NCBI GenBank assembly: GCA_050084515.1
Contig: CM114271.1
Span: 45,198,001-45,262,000 of the forward strand
Reading direction: 5' to 3'
DNA length: 64,000 bases
From: Blasia pusilla
Taxonomy: Eukaryota
A model generated the notes under the pieces. It did not search any database. It was not told the origin of the DNA and worked only from the letters and a program-made list of their open reading frames with translations. Below are positions 26,743 through 38,993 of this stretch, piece after piece (position 1 is the first letter of the stretch; each line of letters begins with the position of its first letter). The position numbers were made by a program, and so were the translations under genes.

Positions 26743-27191
26743 AAAAATAAAGAGTAGTAAAAACAACACACCCAGCCTAAAACTCCACTCCTCAATCTAC
26801 ATCGACATATCGAGCCTTGTCCACCCTGTGCTATCAAGGAATCCGGACGCTAGCACCCTAGTCCTATCTCACACACATACAAGAGAGGTGCTCCAATGGC
26901 CCAACATGAGAAAGATGGCTTGGGAAAACCATCTTCCTCCCTTATATAGGGTTGGGAAGAGCCAAAAGGCTCTTCCCCTAAAAATATCTATCCTCCTCGT
27001 AACCTGGTCAACAAGTCACCCAACTGTGAAAGACCTCAACAAGAAAATTGTCAAAAACGACCATCTTAACACAACGGACCTATCCTCAACATCATCCGAC
27101 ACCGTGGGATAAAGTTACACTCAAGACAGTCCGCTGGCTCCTAAGCCCTATCCACGATAGATCTCGGCCTATTGGCTACTCAGATGTGACA
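26743..27191 (-). repeat. 3' LTR copy (449 bp)
   Basis: Colinear with 37073-37555. Lacks the terminal 3 nt and has a 31-bp deletion between two GTAACCT microhomologies (483-3-31=449). Confidence 0.9.
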
Positions 27192-27193
27192 AC

Positions 27194-27312
27194 TGTCGTA
27201 CGCAAATATATCGCTACATAACATATTTCCACACAACACCGATCTTTCCCATACACGGATAGATCCACACATGTATAGAAATCAACTCATACATATACAT
27301 GGAGATCAAACA
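27194..27312 (-). repeat. Short TG..CA unit, proximal copy (119 bp), adjacent to the PPT
   Basis: Begins TGT and ends ACA; homologous to 26605-26740. Confidence 0.85.
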
Positions 27313-27314
27313 AC

Positions 27315-27323
27315 CGCCCCCCT
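27315..27323 (-). promoter_or_regulatory. Polypurine tract of the gypsy element
   Basis: Minus strand reads AGGGGGGCG, then GT, then TG; lies right after the end of pol. Confidence 0.7.
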
Positions 27324-27396
27324 AGCTGGCAGTTGGATCCCCCCAACTTCAGATAGAAAATGTCACATCTCTCTGACATGACCTACTATCCTATAC

Positions 27397-27540
27397 ACAT
27401 CTCGGACATATCCATCGTGTTGTGGGAACTACATTAAGAGGGGGGGGGGAGGGGTCAGATATGACATATGCCACCCTCGAGAACAACCATCACATACCAA
27501 CATGGTGGTTGCACCCCTCGCAGATCCGCACAACATATAC
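27397..27540 (-). pseudogene. PHD finger at the C-terminus of Pol
   Basis: YMLC..MLVCDGCSRGWHMSYLTPP, a frameshift in the poly-C run, then LNVVPTTRWICPRC. This is the C4HC3 pattern with two Cys mutated to Tyr. Confidence 0.85.
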
Positions 27541-27733
27541 CTCAAGCTTGCAGGTACCACTGCCAAGCTCGGATCCACTGTCCCGTCCACGTTTGGAAGA
27601 TGACATCGTGCACATGATCCTTCCAAACCACACCATCCCGTCCTTCCAACATGAGGACTCTGGTTGGTAATACCTCGCGCACACGTAGGATTGTATGCCC
27701 TGCAGTGACATCTAGCGTCGTGGTTGCCGCTTG

Positions 27734-28654
27734 CTATAAATACACGTATTCTCGAGGATGAAACCTCTTAATCCTTGGACGATAACCTCCTCCACGAATG
27801 GTCGCGTACCTCAATGTATCTCTATGTTGAGCAATAGCTAAGCTCTCAAAGACCATAGGCATAACTCTACGAAAAATCTCGGCCCTCTGTGAACACGCTT
27901 GTACCCACACATTTGGATCATCAAGATCTAACACCTTTGCCATGTCACATTGAATAGCTGCATGTAAATCTGGCTCTCTCCCAAAGAGCGAAAAGTACGG
28001 AGAAAATGACGCCAAGGATGCCTGCCGACTAAAGCGATAACCCATGAGGTCCCACTCCCTCAACTGTCCTCGCTTCAAGCCATACTTGTGCAATCCTCTC
28101 TTCAGCGTCTGTACTACTCTCTCCGCCAACCCATCCGCGTGAGGATGATCTTTGGACGTGGTGCGGTGATCTATCCGTGCGTGATCACACAAGGCCTGAA
28201 ACTCTCCCCTGAACTCGGTACCCTGGTCAGTCAACACCTCCGCCGGTGCACCAAAGTGACTAAGCACATGATCTAGAAAGGCATAAGTTGTTCCCTCGCT
28301 CGCCTTGTGTGGAAGTGCCACCAACTCTACCCACGGGGAGAAATGCTCCACCATGACCAACACGTACCTATGATGACGCCCCGTCAAAAGCAAAGGTCCC
28401 GCAAAGTCTAAACTCCACCAAAAACCTAAACCCATAATCGGAAAAGGATGTTACTGCGGAGTGGGAGCATTGAAGGATGCTCGTACTCTGTCACATACCA
28501 TACATCTGTCCACAAATTGTTGTACCCGAGTATGCATGCCGTGCCACCAATACTGAACATAGAGAAAGCTGTAAGTACGCTTTACTCCAAAATGCCCCAA
28601 CTCCTCATGGGTATGTCGCACTACACGTGCTTGCTGGGAAGGATGAGGTACCAC
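27734..28654 (-). pseudogene. Retroviral-type integrase (HHCC zinc finger plus DDE core)
   Basis: HEELGHFG..CMVC, WSLDFAGP, VLTDQGTEF, HPHADGLAERVVQTLK. Confidence 0.95.
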
Positions 28655-28989
28655 TCGTATCCAAACATCTCCCTATACCCACAAAATATGCGTCCCCTCC
28701 CACCTGAACCTCATGGCTCTCTATAGGATCCAATCCCGCTGCATAGCACTCACTGTGCTCGCTATGATGCTAGTGCGCAAGAACTCCACAACCTCCACAT
28801 CGTCATGGATATCACGACCACATGTCGCCTCCTCACTAACCTCTAGATCCAAAGACTCATCATCCAACCCCACCACTAGAGTCATCACCTGCGACTGACC
28901 TACCATAGTCAACCAACAAAGATAGGCAGATGCATGCCAACCGGGCACTATCTTCTCATCACTCTCTCTATGCCATCGAGCTCCTCTGT

Positions 28990-30400
28990 CATTTCTCTGA
29001 CTCGGACATGGGTTATGACTCAACCCATCCGCATCCTGGTTCAGCCGACCTGGCCTATGAACCACCACAAACTCATACTCATGTAGTAATATAGCCCACT
29101 TGGCAAGCTTTCCCGTAAGCTTTTCGGACTCCATCAACCACCTCAACGGCTGATGATCAGTTATAAGTGTGAAAGGGTTGCCGAATAAATAGCACCTAAA
29201 ATGTGCCACAACCCACACTGTAGCCAAGCACTCTCCCTTATACGAGTTGTACTTCGGCTCTCCATGTTGTTCGATTGGCTCGCATAAGCCACAACAAACT
29301 CCCTCTCCTCGTCATTCCTCTAAGTAAGCACAGCTCCTAGAACCAACATGCTCCAATCCGTATGTAACTAGAATGGGCGACCCCTAACCGGTCTTTGTAA
29401 AATGGGTGAGGATGTCAACCTGTCCTTGAGCTCTTGAAATACTCGCTCTTGATTATCTCCCCTGATCAAGTCCCGTCAACAAGTTCAAAGACTTTGCAAT
29501 CGCACTTAAAGCTGTGACATATCATCAATAGAAGTTTTCCGTCCAAGAAATGCTCGGACTCGACTTACATCTCTGTAGGGCATGGAATCTGCATAATAGC
29601 CTCCACCTTCATCCGTTGAACGCCTAACCCACTCGTGTATATGGTGAGTCCCAAATACTCAATCTGCTCCTGAAAACATCTACACTTGCCTGGATGTAAC
29701 TTCAGTCCATGTAACTCCAATCGCCAAAACACCTCCTCCAGGTGTCGCTCATTCTCCTCAACCGTGGAACTGAAGATAAGAATATAATCTATGTAACATC
29801 GTACAAAATCCAAGCCAGCCAGAATCATTCCATCACTCTCTAAAACTCCGCAGGCGCGTTCTTCAACCCAAATGGTAAGAACTGCCACTTATACAAGCAA
29901 TCTCTCCCAAACCGGTCTATCCCCTAGAATGTTGTCTTCCCTGTGTCCTCCAACTTGATAGGAAGCTGATGATAGCGAGCACTGAGATTTAAAGTACTGA
30001 AGATCTTTCCAGGCCCTACCGCATGAAAGATCTCCTCAAGAGTAGGCATGGCGTACCGATCTGACCTCGTCTGTTGGTTGATAGGAGAGTAATCTCCACA
30101 CATCCGCCTATCTGTCCAATTGCCATACATATCCTTCTTCACCGGCATGACAGTGGCAGATGCATACTCCCCATGTGATAACTCCACAAGTCCTGCCTCC
30201 AACAAGTCCAGACTCTTGCTCTGAATCAAGGCTCGCTCCATATCACAATACCTGTAGGGTCGACGAAAGATTGGCGTATCACATGCCAACTCAATCCGTA
30301 TCCCGAGACCCTTTAGCATATCCAAGTCTCTCATACTGAAGGCAAAACAACTGACATGCCCTCTCACAAACCTATGAACTCGCTGTTGCTGTCTTCCTAT
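28990..30400 (-). pseudogene. Reverse transcriptase and RNase H (gypsy type)
   Basis: RMCGDYSPIN..DRYAMP, YIDY (YIDD mutated), KLHPGKC, LHTDWS, FTLITDHQPL, NQDADGLS. Confidence 0.95.
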
Positions 30401-30739
30401 CAACTTGAGACCTATCATAGGCCTCCAAGTCTCCATCGTGACCTCACTCGGAGAGGACGCAACCTTCGGCTTTGGTTGCTATGCAGCAATCCTAGTCACC
30501 TCCGCAACAACCACTCCACTCTGACCTCCTTCCCCATGCTCCACATCCAAAAAATGAACATGTGCCGCTCTGGCCTCCTTCGCACTCTCCGCTCGAACGA
30601 CATCCCGGGAAGTCTATGGGTGCCTATCTCTCCTCGTCTCGCCCCAAGCCAATGCCTGTATAGATCCTGTAGGCAATGGTACAACGCATGGACGTAACGT
30701 CATGCATGACACTCGCATCCGTATCTACTCAACCATACC

Positions 30740-31685
30740 TAGGCTGACTATCCATGTGAGACAGTTGAGTTCCATCGCTTGCCCCAAAACCTCTCTTCGG
30801 AATGCCTCAGTTATACCTGGCATCGCCGTAATACCCGTAGCAAAACCCATGGCGCGCTCATCTGATGTAGGCTCCTCGGATGCTCAGGTCACATCATCCT
30901 AAATCATACCTGGTCCTCCTTGACGAAAGGCATGGGATGCTAGGAAGGTCACCAACATAGGTAAGGCTGCCCTCAACTCCCCTACCCTATTGGCCATCGC
31001 CAACGGTGGTCTATCATCCCGCGTCACCACCTGAGATCGACGACCTGAGCCCAAAATAGCATCTAGTGTGAGATGTGGTGCTCTCTGGACTCCATCGTAT
31101 GCTGGACTCAGTACCTCTGATGGTATCAGGTTCATCCACCATAGTTGTAGACGATGGGCCCGTGATCCAACTCTCCCTGTATCTAACAACACAGTAGGTC
31201 CCAACCAAGATCTCACTTTATGCACACTCGTCATCACACGTGCATGAGTGTCTCCCAACAACGGCACGTTCTCCAAAATATACGCCGGAGAACAAGTCTG
31301 ACTCTCCTGCAAGTGTCATACTACTTGCAGCATCTCCCAAAACATCCCTGACCTCGGATTGTGCAATCCAAACCCTCAGCCAACTAATGAATGACCCTGA
31401 CATGGCCATCCAACAATCACCAAATGAATGGTGCCAACTCTATCTAGATCTTGCGCCCCCACCAAAGACATGTCGGTGGATAGTGTATGTTGATATCCCC
31501 ATACAACAGATACCGGCAACAACTCAGGATACCTCTGGACCAATCTCGCTACGTGATGTAATGATACTCTCTGCACGGTCTTATCTCTCTCCACATAAAG
31601 GTACTCATGCATCTGTACGCCCGCATGCAATACCGCTGCCAATCCTGTGCTAATCCCTCCGAAGAGATCTAACACCCTAACACCC
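30740..31685 (-). pseudogene. C5-cytosine DNA methyltransferase domain inside Pol
   Basis: One frame with in-frame stops only: motif I VLDLFGGI (~31654-84), YLYVE, IV GWPCQG (PCQ 31397-405), V GLHNPRSGMFWE, VI YILENV (ENV 31265-73), VIII SRAHRLQLWW, IX ERAMGF, X LGQAMELN. Confidence 0.92.
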
Positions 31686-32023
31686 TCCTTTGGACACTGC
31701 CATACAACGGGTGTGGTATCTACTGGGGTCAACGTTTCCACTTGAGGGGCCTGACCACCACATGACTCTCGCTGCTCCGGGATAAAGGCATGACTCCACG
31801 CCTGCCTCACAAGGTCGTCGGCGCTCCTCTGTAGCTTTCGAGTCGTACCCCACAATGGAGAAGAGGTCTCACCATTTCCCTCCCACAACTCTCCTCGCCA
31901 GCTAACACTACTTGTGAAAGCTGCCAACGTGGTCATAGACTCGTCTTGTGATCGACCTCTTCATCCCGCAAACTGCATGGGTAGTTGACTCATCCGGCCG
32001 TGTCGATAAGCAAAGGTCTCTTC

Positions 32024-32400
32024 CTAGAAGTCAAGGATGAATCCTAGGGGATATAACAGTGTACTCCCCACCAACACATCGTACGACTCAGCTAGTGTCG
32101 TAATCGCACGTGTGCGCACCATAGCACTATCCGTCGCATGCTCTCGCTGGACTCTATCAACAATTTCCTGTCGAGTCATATACTGCGTGGGTGACACACC
32201 CCCAATCGAGTACTGTATTTGGAAGGGACAAGGCTCAATGTCGGCCTTCCGTAACCCCAACGCTAAACACGCCGCCTTCCCTAACATCAAGGGCTGCGCT
32301 CCCAAATCAAGTAGGACGCGCTGGGGGTGGTATATTGTCCCCGTCGGACTAACCAAGCGAAATACTCCAGCTTGATTATCCAATTTCACTACTCTAGGTG
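32024..32400 (-). pseudogene. Retropepsin-like aspartic protease
   Basis: RVLLDLGAQPLM (D[ST]G altered to DLG) and YDVLVG; same frame as the DNMT. Confidence 0.8.
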
Positions 32401-32999
32401 TCACCACTTCTCGCTCTATGACCAGATGAGTTGGCATATCTACCAACTTTGCCGCCGCCGCATGCCATGACTATATGGGGGACGTCCCGAGCACCGGCTC
32501 TGAGGGCAAGTCCACCATCTCCTCAACTTCCTCTGAACAAGAAGCACTCATCTCTCCATGCTCACACGACATGGCGGCCAACCGGAATACCTCAGTTGGT
32601 CCAACTCCCAACTTTGCCAACTCTATGGCGGAAAATAGCGGAGTCTGGCTCACTCTGGTGCCCTACTCCAACACTATGGTCGACATTGACTCCACTCGAG
32701 CCAACATAGGAGTTGTCACTCCGAATTATCGTGATGTCGATGTACCTGCATGACCTGTAGGCACCGCGGGCCGTCGAGGCACCATCGATGGTGTATGTAG
32801 TGCCTCCGACAATAAGAATGACTCTGGAACCCTGGTCTACCACCCATCGGTCCCCTCTGATGGCTCAATCTCAACTCCACCTCTGGATGGCTCAGTGCGT
32901 CTCGCAACACCCCGAGTCACCATTGCAGCCGCCTCAACCTGAGATGCACTGCACATAAACCCCATACTCGTAAGATCCTCACCCGGATGAGGATATGAG

Positions 33000-34510
33000 G
33001 TAGAAGGTGGAGCCACACTAGCTGCTTGCTACTCCGTGCCTTCCTTGAGCTGTATCATTGTCATGGCAGAAATCTTCTGCTCCAAGTGATCGATGCGTGA
33101 GAGAAGTTCCGGCTCTGGTGCTCTTGCTCCATCTCCTTTGGCTCGTGGTGGTCCTCTACCACCATGTCCAAGAAGAACTCCCCGACCTCCTCCAAGACGA
33201 CCGCCCCCAGGCCCTCGGCCTACCTCTGGACATGCCTCTCGACGAAGGTCAAAACATCTATCCCTAGTGTGACCATATCTGAGGCAATAGTCACACTGGT
33301 ACTATGGTGGGGCCATCCTCTATGGCTCCTGAGAAATCTGAGGCGCTCGTGGTCCTCTCCCATGTTGTGTGTAGTCTCTCTGCCTATAGGTCCCTCCACA
33401 CGTCCAACACGACAACATCGATCCCTGTTGGGCAATATATGTTGGTACGCGTCGTTGCCTCATAGGCTCACGATACCCGCCCTGCTCTCTGGGCACACTT
33501 GCCCGCTCCCATGGTACGGGTGCTCGCTGTGGCACATGTGGGGTCATCGTCGCTCGTGGGCCCGTCGACCCTCAAGAAAATCCAACGGTCACTACCTACT
33601 CCTCACTCATGTTGAGCTTAATACGCTCAGACAACTCAAACACCACCTTCAATGCGGGCTTCGCTGTGTGAATCAGCACCGTATCTTGGACTCTCCTCCG
33701 TAGTTCTCGATCCAGAACCCTATACCAAAACAGGACTGACTGCGCTTCAGTCACTCCAAACGTAGCAATGATCAGCCTTCTCATATGCATGAATGCCTCT
33801 CTCAGACTCTCACCCAATCGTCGCTAAAAATCGTGTAGACTCTTCAGCTTGTCGGTGCGTATACCTTGGTAGCTCTTCCCCAACAGTCGGAAGAACTCCA
33901 CTGTGGGACTAAAGTTGGGTGGCCCTCTACCACCGGAGGTCTCTGCCACATCGCCTGTCTCACTGCCCTCCTCTCCACCTAGTCTCCGGGCTGATGATGT
34001 GGGTCTCTCTCCTCTCAAAATCCCATCATATGCCTCGCCTGCACTAGTGGATACATACCCTAGAGCCCAATACATCCTCCAAGCATCGATCTTTAGTGAA
34101 TATAGTGATTGAAACTCTATGTAGTCATCCATCGGAGGACCCTCCACGTGCTAGAACAACCCCTTCCATGCCATGAAAGGGTTGAACGTGTCGGGGTCAG
34201 TATCTCTTGGAAGTTGCACCATGTGTCAAACTCATGGATAAAATCATCTAAGTCCATGGTGCCCACTACACCCAAGAAATGATGCATGCCCCGATAGCCC
34301 ATGTCATCCATCTCCTACCAAGTGATATTGCCTTCTTGTACGATCTCATCACCAAACCCGGTGTCTAGAGATGACGATCCAACCACGGATGTATGTCTTG
34401 GTAGCTCCTCACTCGTAACCCTCGATATCTCACTCCACTCCGTTGTCGTGTTCAGAGCTTTTCTTCGAGTAAGGGCAGACCTTCTAACTGCGGCAGACGT
34501 GGTCGATGCA
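33000..34510 (-). pseudogene. Gag (capsid plus degenerate CCHC knuckle), frameshifted
   Basis: DLDDFIHEFDTWC, GESLREAF, and CWTCGGTYRQRDY (degenerate Cx2Cx4Hx4C); lies between the leader and the protease. Confidence 0.7.
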
Positions 34511-34701
34511 AGGTGAACCCTCTAAGAAGTTCTCCTTTTTCAATACAAAATTATTATGTATACTCTTCATTCTCTCACGACAAGTATCACAAATGGAAGT
34601 GCCGAGGCGATCACTTCTTTGTAACATCGGACCCAAAAATTTCTAACTATAAAATCCCTATAAACTACTTAACTTATACACGAGGAAGATATCATAACTG
34701 G

Positions 34702-35699
34702 TGTTAAACCCTACTTGAGCAGGCCTATTGACGTCCATGAATTGCTATATAAGGACATACAAAGTACAATCCAATGTCCTTCCATATATGACAATTGGAA
34801 AGATGACCAGAGTTGGAGATTGAATGACCTGGTTCATGAACGTCTCCCCAAAGTGATAAACTAAATAGCGAGTGAACTAGTGCCTATTTACAAAGAGTAT
34901 CTTGACATGGTATGGATAGAGGAAAGGAAAGTCGGGCACAACTCGTGCTCCACCCTATCCATGCTTGATGGAAATTCTCTACTCTCCTCAAGAATGGTTT
35001 TGGTCTCTTATTTCTTCCAAGAGGGGTAATCCACTCTCATTGGGAAATTAACATGTGAAAAAATTCACTATTTTAGTATGACTAAACTCCTCTAAGGTGA
35101 CAAACCTCTCATCTCCACACACACACACCACACTATAGAAACCTCTCGAAGAATGGACCATGATGAAGTTACTCTCCCAAGAGGGGTGATCCACTCTCAT
35201 TGGAAGAGCAAGCAATCCCAAAGCCATACACTTCAGAGTGACACGAGAAACTCAAGATGTGGAATAGAAGGTGATGAACCCTTGAAGATCCCTCCTCTTT
35301 CTATACTCACAAGAGATCCACAAAAGTACAAAATAGAGCTAATCTTATCTTGTGCCACATGGCTTCCTCTCAAGGCTTAGCCAATCACATTTTGACACAA
35401 GCAGATTTCCTTTTATTTCTTCCAAAATATCCTCTTTTCCCCACTTGATATTTTCCAAATTACCCCAACTAACCTAGCCACCAACCAAGCCTACTTTTTC
35501 TTTTCATTAAAGCACCAACCTTACTACTTTACTTTTATAAAGTCATCTTTTATTTATTACCTCGTTTCCTAAAGTTGGGTCCGCATAAAAGAGGCACCAC
35601 ATATTCCTAAGGTTTAAATATGGGAATTTCCTTTTCCTAAGCTAATTTTCCTAATACTTATAAAATTCTATTTAACACTTAACGAGGAAAGAGTTTACA
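34702..35699. mobile_element. Probable nested solo-LTR-like insertion (~1 kb) upstream of gag
   Basis: Starts TGTTAAAC and ends GTTTACA. ACTGG occurs on both sides (34697-34701 and 35701-35705, with one extra C). AT-richer than the host element. 34513-34700 may be a related fragment. Confidence 0.5.
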
Positions 35700-37061
35700 C
35701 ACTGGCTGATTTTACTATACGACACCGTGTCACACCACTACTACTGCTCACACTACACCGTTCTTGCGAACCCTGGAAGAACGCCGTGATGACAACCCTG
35801 TCTTATCGGCTCAAGCACTCAGACTCACCGAGAGTCTCCCACAGTCCTCACTAGCTCACCTATGCTAACGTCAATCACGTGATGACACACCCAACCTCAC
35901 GCACACTCAACACTCATGCTCACCATGAGCCTTCCACTAACTCACCTAACCTACAGACACCCTCGGGTCATACATGCGACCCCAACTCGGCAACCATCGT
36001 AGATCCACCAACATGCTACACATGAAAAGAGTCTACACTTGTCACCATCAGTGCACCCACCTAGCACTAGCTAGTACTCGATACCCATCACTCTCAATCA
36101 CATAAGATAAGTGCGGGAAAAAGGGACTCGAATGGGTAACCTGATCACGCCCTCCAACCTACTGCAACGTCAATACTCACTCCTCCATATGGTATGGCAA
36201 TCCCTGCAACACAACACTCTCCTCAACCAACACGTTGAACCTCCCGTCAGCATCGGTCTGTATGCCTCAATCAGAATCCCCGCAAACCCCAACCATGCTT
36301 GAAAAAGATCTTGTCCTAAAAAATCTCTCCGCCCACTCCCAGACGCGCTTCGCAACCTCAACTCAACCCCGTCCAAACGCAACCCTGCCCATCTATGACG
36401 ACACCCGCACCTCTACTAAGTCCGCCCTGCCTCCTACGTGAGCCTTGACTTCGACCACATCCGTGCCTACCACATCCACTCTATCAACCACGTTCTGCTT
36501 TCTACTACTGAGTCTACTACATTGGGACGTCGCCAACCATGGCGCTCCCAACCACATCATGGAGGGGGGCCAAAATGGCCCGTGTCCCTATGGGGATTAA
36601 ATGCGGGGGTGGGGGGTGCTGCGACCCTGGCTTCCTTCGTCTGCCGTAGCTCGCGCCGCCCTAAACCCTAAAACGCGTCTGTTCCGACTCCGGCTTGCAG
36701 CCACCTATGACCTAGCTGCGCCTAGCCCTAGCCGCGCCTAGCCCTAGCAGCCCTTGCAAACCTAGCCCCCTGGCGCCTACAAGACCTGAAAGGCTAAACT
36801 TCTCTCTCTTTCCCGACATGCGCCACTCACCCGCCAACATTACACTCCGTGCTACACCCGAGTGCCCTTGCCGGTACACCGCTACTGCCATACACCAGTC
36901 GGCTACCCAAAAAAATCAGGGAAAAATGAGCAGCGCTTCCGTGCACGACCTCCCAAACTTGAAAGACGAAAATACAACCGCCAATAAGCGTCTCCAAGGG
37001 CTTCTGACCGAGGCAACCCGCTTGCCTACCTGCAAAGAATGAATTCCCACCACGCCCTTGA

Positions 37062-37072
37062 CATCTTTCTCA
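37062..37072 (-). promoter_or_regulatory. Primer-binding site, self-priming type (TGAGAAAGATG)
   Basis: Immediately follows the LTR-terminal CA. Does not start with TGG. Exact complement of LTR positions 37250-37240. Confidence 0.8.
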
Positions 37073-37555
37073 TGTAAAAATAAAGAACAGTAAAAATGGC
37101 ACTCCCGGCCTAAAACTCCACTCCTCAATCTACATCGGCATATCAAGCCTCGTCCACCGTGCGCTATCAAGGAATCCGGACGCTAGCACCCTAGTCCTAT
37201 CTCAAACACATACAAGAGAGGTGCTCCAACGGCCCAACATGAGAAAGATGGCTTGGGAAAGCCATCTTCCTCCCTTATATAGGGTTGGGAAGAGCCAAAA
37301 GGCTCTTCCCCTTAAAATAGCTATCCTCCTAGTAACCTACGTGCACATGTTACCAGGGACGGGTAACCTGGTCAACAAGTCATCCGGCTGTGAAAGACCT
37401 CAACAAGAAAATTGTCAGAAATGACGTTCCTAACACAACGGATCTATCCTCAACCTCATTTGACATGGTGGGACAAAGTTACACTCTAGATAATCCACTG
37501 GCTGCTAAGCCCTATCCACGATAGATCTCGGCCTATCGACTACTCAGATGTCACA
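37073..37555 (-). repeat. 5' LTR (483 bp)
   Basis: TGT...ACA bounded; matches 4370-4852 and 26743-27191. Confidence 0.9.
37275..37281 (-). promoter_or_regulatory. LTR TATA box (TATATAA)
   Basis: Conserved in all three LTR copies; first T lies 31 nt upstream of the PBS-complementary sequence. Confidence 0.7.
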
Positions 37556-38993
37556 ACTTTCATAATAAAAGAAACTATGTTGATCTAGGACTAAACTCTG
37601 TGAATAAGTGTTACAATGTCAAGCTCTTGCGAAGTTGTTGAAATCATGTCACATTTTGGACCCCTCATAATCACGTCTACTCAACTCGCTTGGAATGAAG
37701 GAAAGGGAAACTGATGAAGAGCCCTGCTTCTTCCCCACTTCATATACACAATTTCTCATAAATAATTTTTGAGAATGTTAGGCGAACCATCCCAAAAATA
37801 TTAGTACTGTGAGGTTCATTACTTAATTTTAAGGGATGTTGGTGGTAATTGATGACATGGTGGATGTTGGTCAAATCTTCAACTTTGTGGAGTCCATGCC
37901 GCCTAAGTTGAAAAAGAAATTGAGGGAGAAGAGTATATTGATCGTAACAAGTTTTGGGAAGCTCGAGGCAACCATTGATATGGCGACTCAACTAGTGGCA
38001 AGTGAGCCTAGTCTTGACAATAGAGGCAACATAGTCCTAATCTTGAAGGCAAGAGGATCATTTGGTGGGATGAACAAGAGGAACTTGGAAGAGACAAGGT
38101 GCCAACTTTCAAGAGGTTCAAAACTCAAGAAATGAGTATTCTATCTGTTGGCAACCAAAATTTATAACATCTGCCCCTTAAGATTTGGGACATGTGTGCT
38201 TGAAGTGACCCAAATCTCTACGTATCTAACACCTTTTGGCTCCACTCAATCGAGGTCATCCCTTCCTTGGAAATCAATGCTTGCTAAGGTTTGAATATTA
38301 CTTTTCTAAAGGGAGGGCGTAGGCCATGTAAGAATATCTTAAAACTAAGCGTTCAATGGGATAGATCATGAACCTTTGGGAAACTAGTTGAAAAAAGGTG
38401 AAAAACCTTCAGATGTTATACTTATGTATTCTAGTGAATGTAAATTTGTGATTGAGGTATTGATTACAAGAAAAATTGGCATGGCTTTCATTAAGAAAGG
38501 AGCGCTTTGCAACTTCCTAGATTCTAAGGTGGTGGTGAGGCTAGAAGCACATGTCATCAACATGCAACAACCCTAAGATGTAATCTATGCAAACGAACAC
38601 TCAAAATCCACCTCAACCTAGGCATTGAACATCAAGATGGTGATTCCAAAAAAGAAAATAAAGTTTAGTGCTAGGTTCCAAGATACCCATATACATCTTC
38701 TTCTTCACGAGCTCCATCAATAACTTAATAAACCTTGGGATCACATCTCATGGCATTAGTATGGGTTTCATCTCCCAAGACACATGTAGAACTGTGAAGA
38801 TAACTATTGATGCCACCACCCTCATAGATATTTACACAAGTTAACCCCCCTTCCTTCAAATTCAAGGCTTCTGGGGAAATCACCCAACTATGTTTATTTT
38901 AATGCAATAAAAAATAACGCATCACAAAAGATATTGAACATCTTTGTTAGAAAATAAAAGGTGTTTGTTTTATCCACATTCCCTTAATTATAA

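Larger units (their letters stand above)
26605..37555 (-). mobile_element. Ty3/gypsy LTR retrotransposon carrying a C5 DNA methyltransferase and a PHD finger; degenerate, apparently full length
   Basis: 5' LTR 37555-37073, PBS, gag, PR, DNMT, RT, RH, INT, PHD, PPT, 3' LTR 27191-26743. RT-RH-INT order is gypsy-type. Flanks GCTT/ACTT are a possible imperfect TSD. Confidence 0.9.

Noticed and set aside
26603-37560. Reading the element as DIRS-type (GTTGTG..CACAAC ends flanked by TTT)
   Set aside because: No tyrosine recombinase; a clear DDE integrase and TG..CA LTRs are present.
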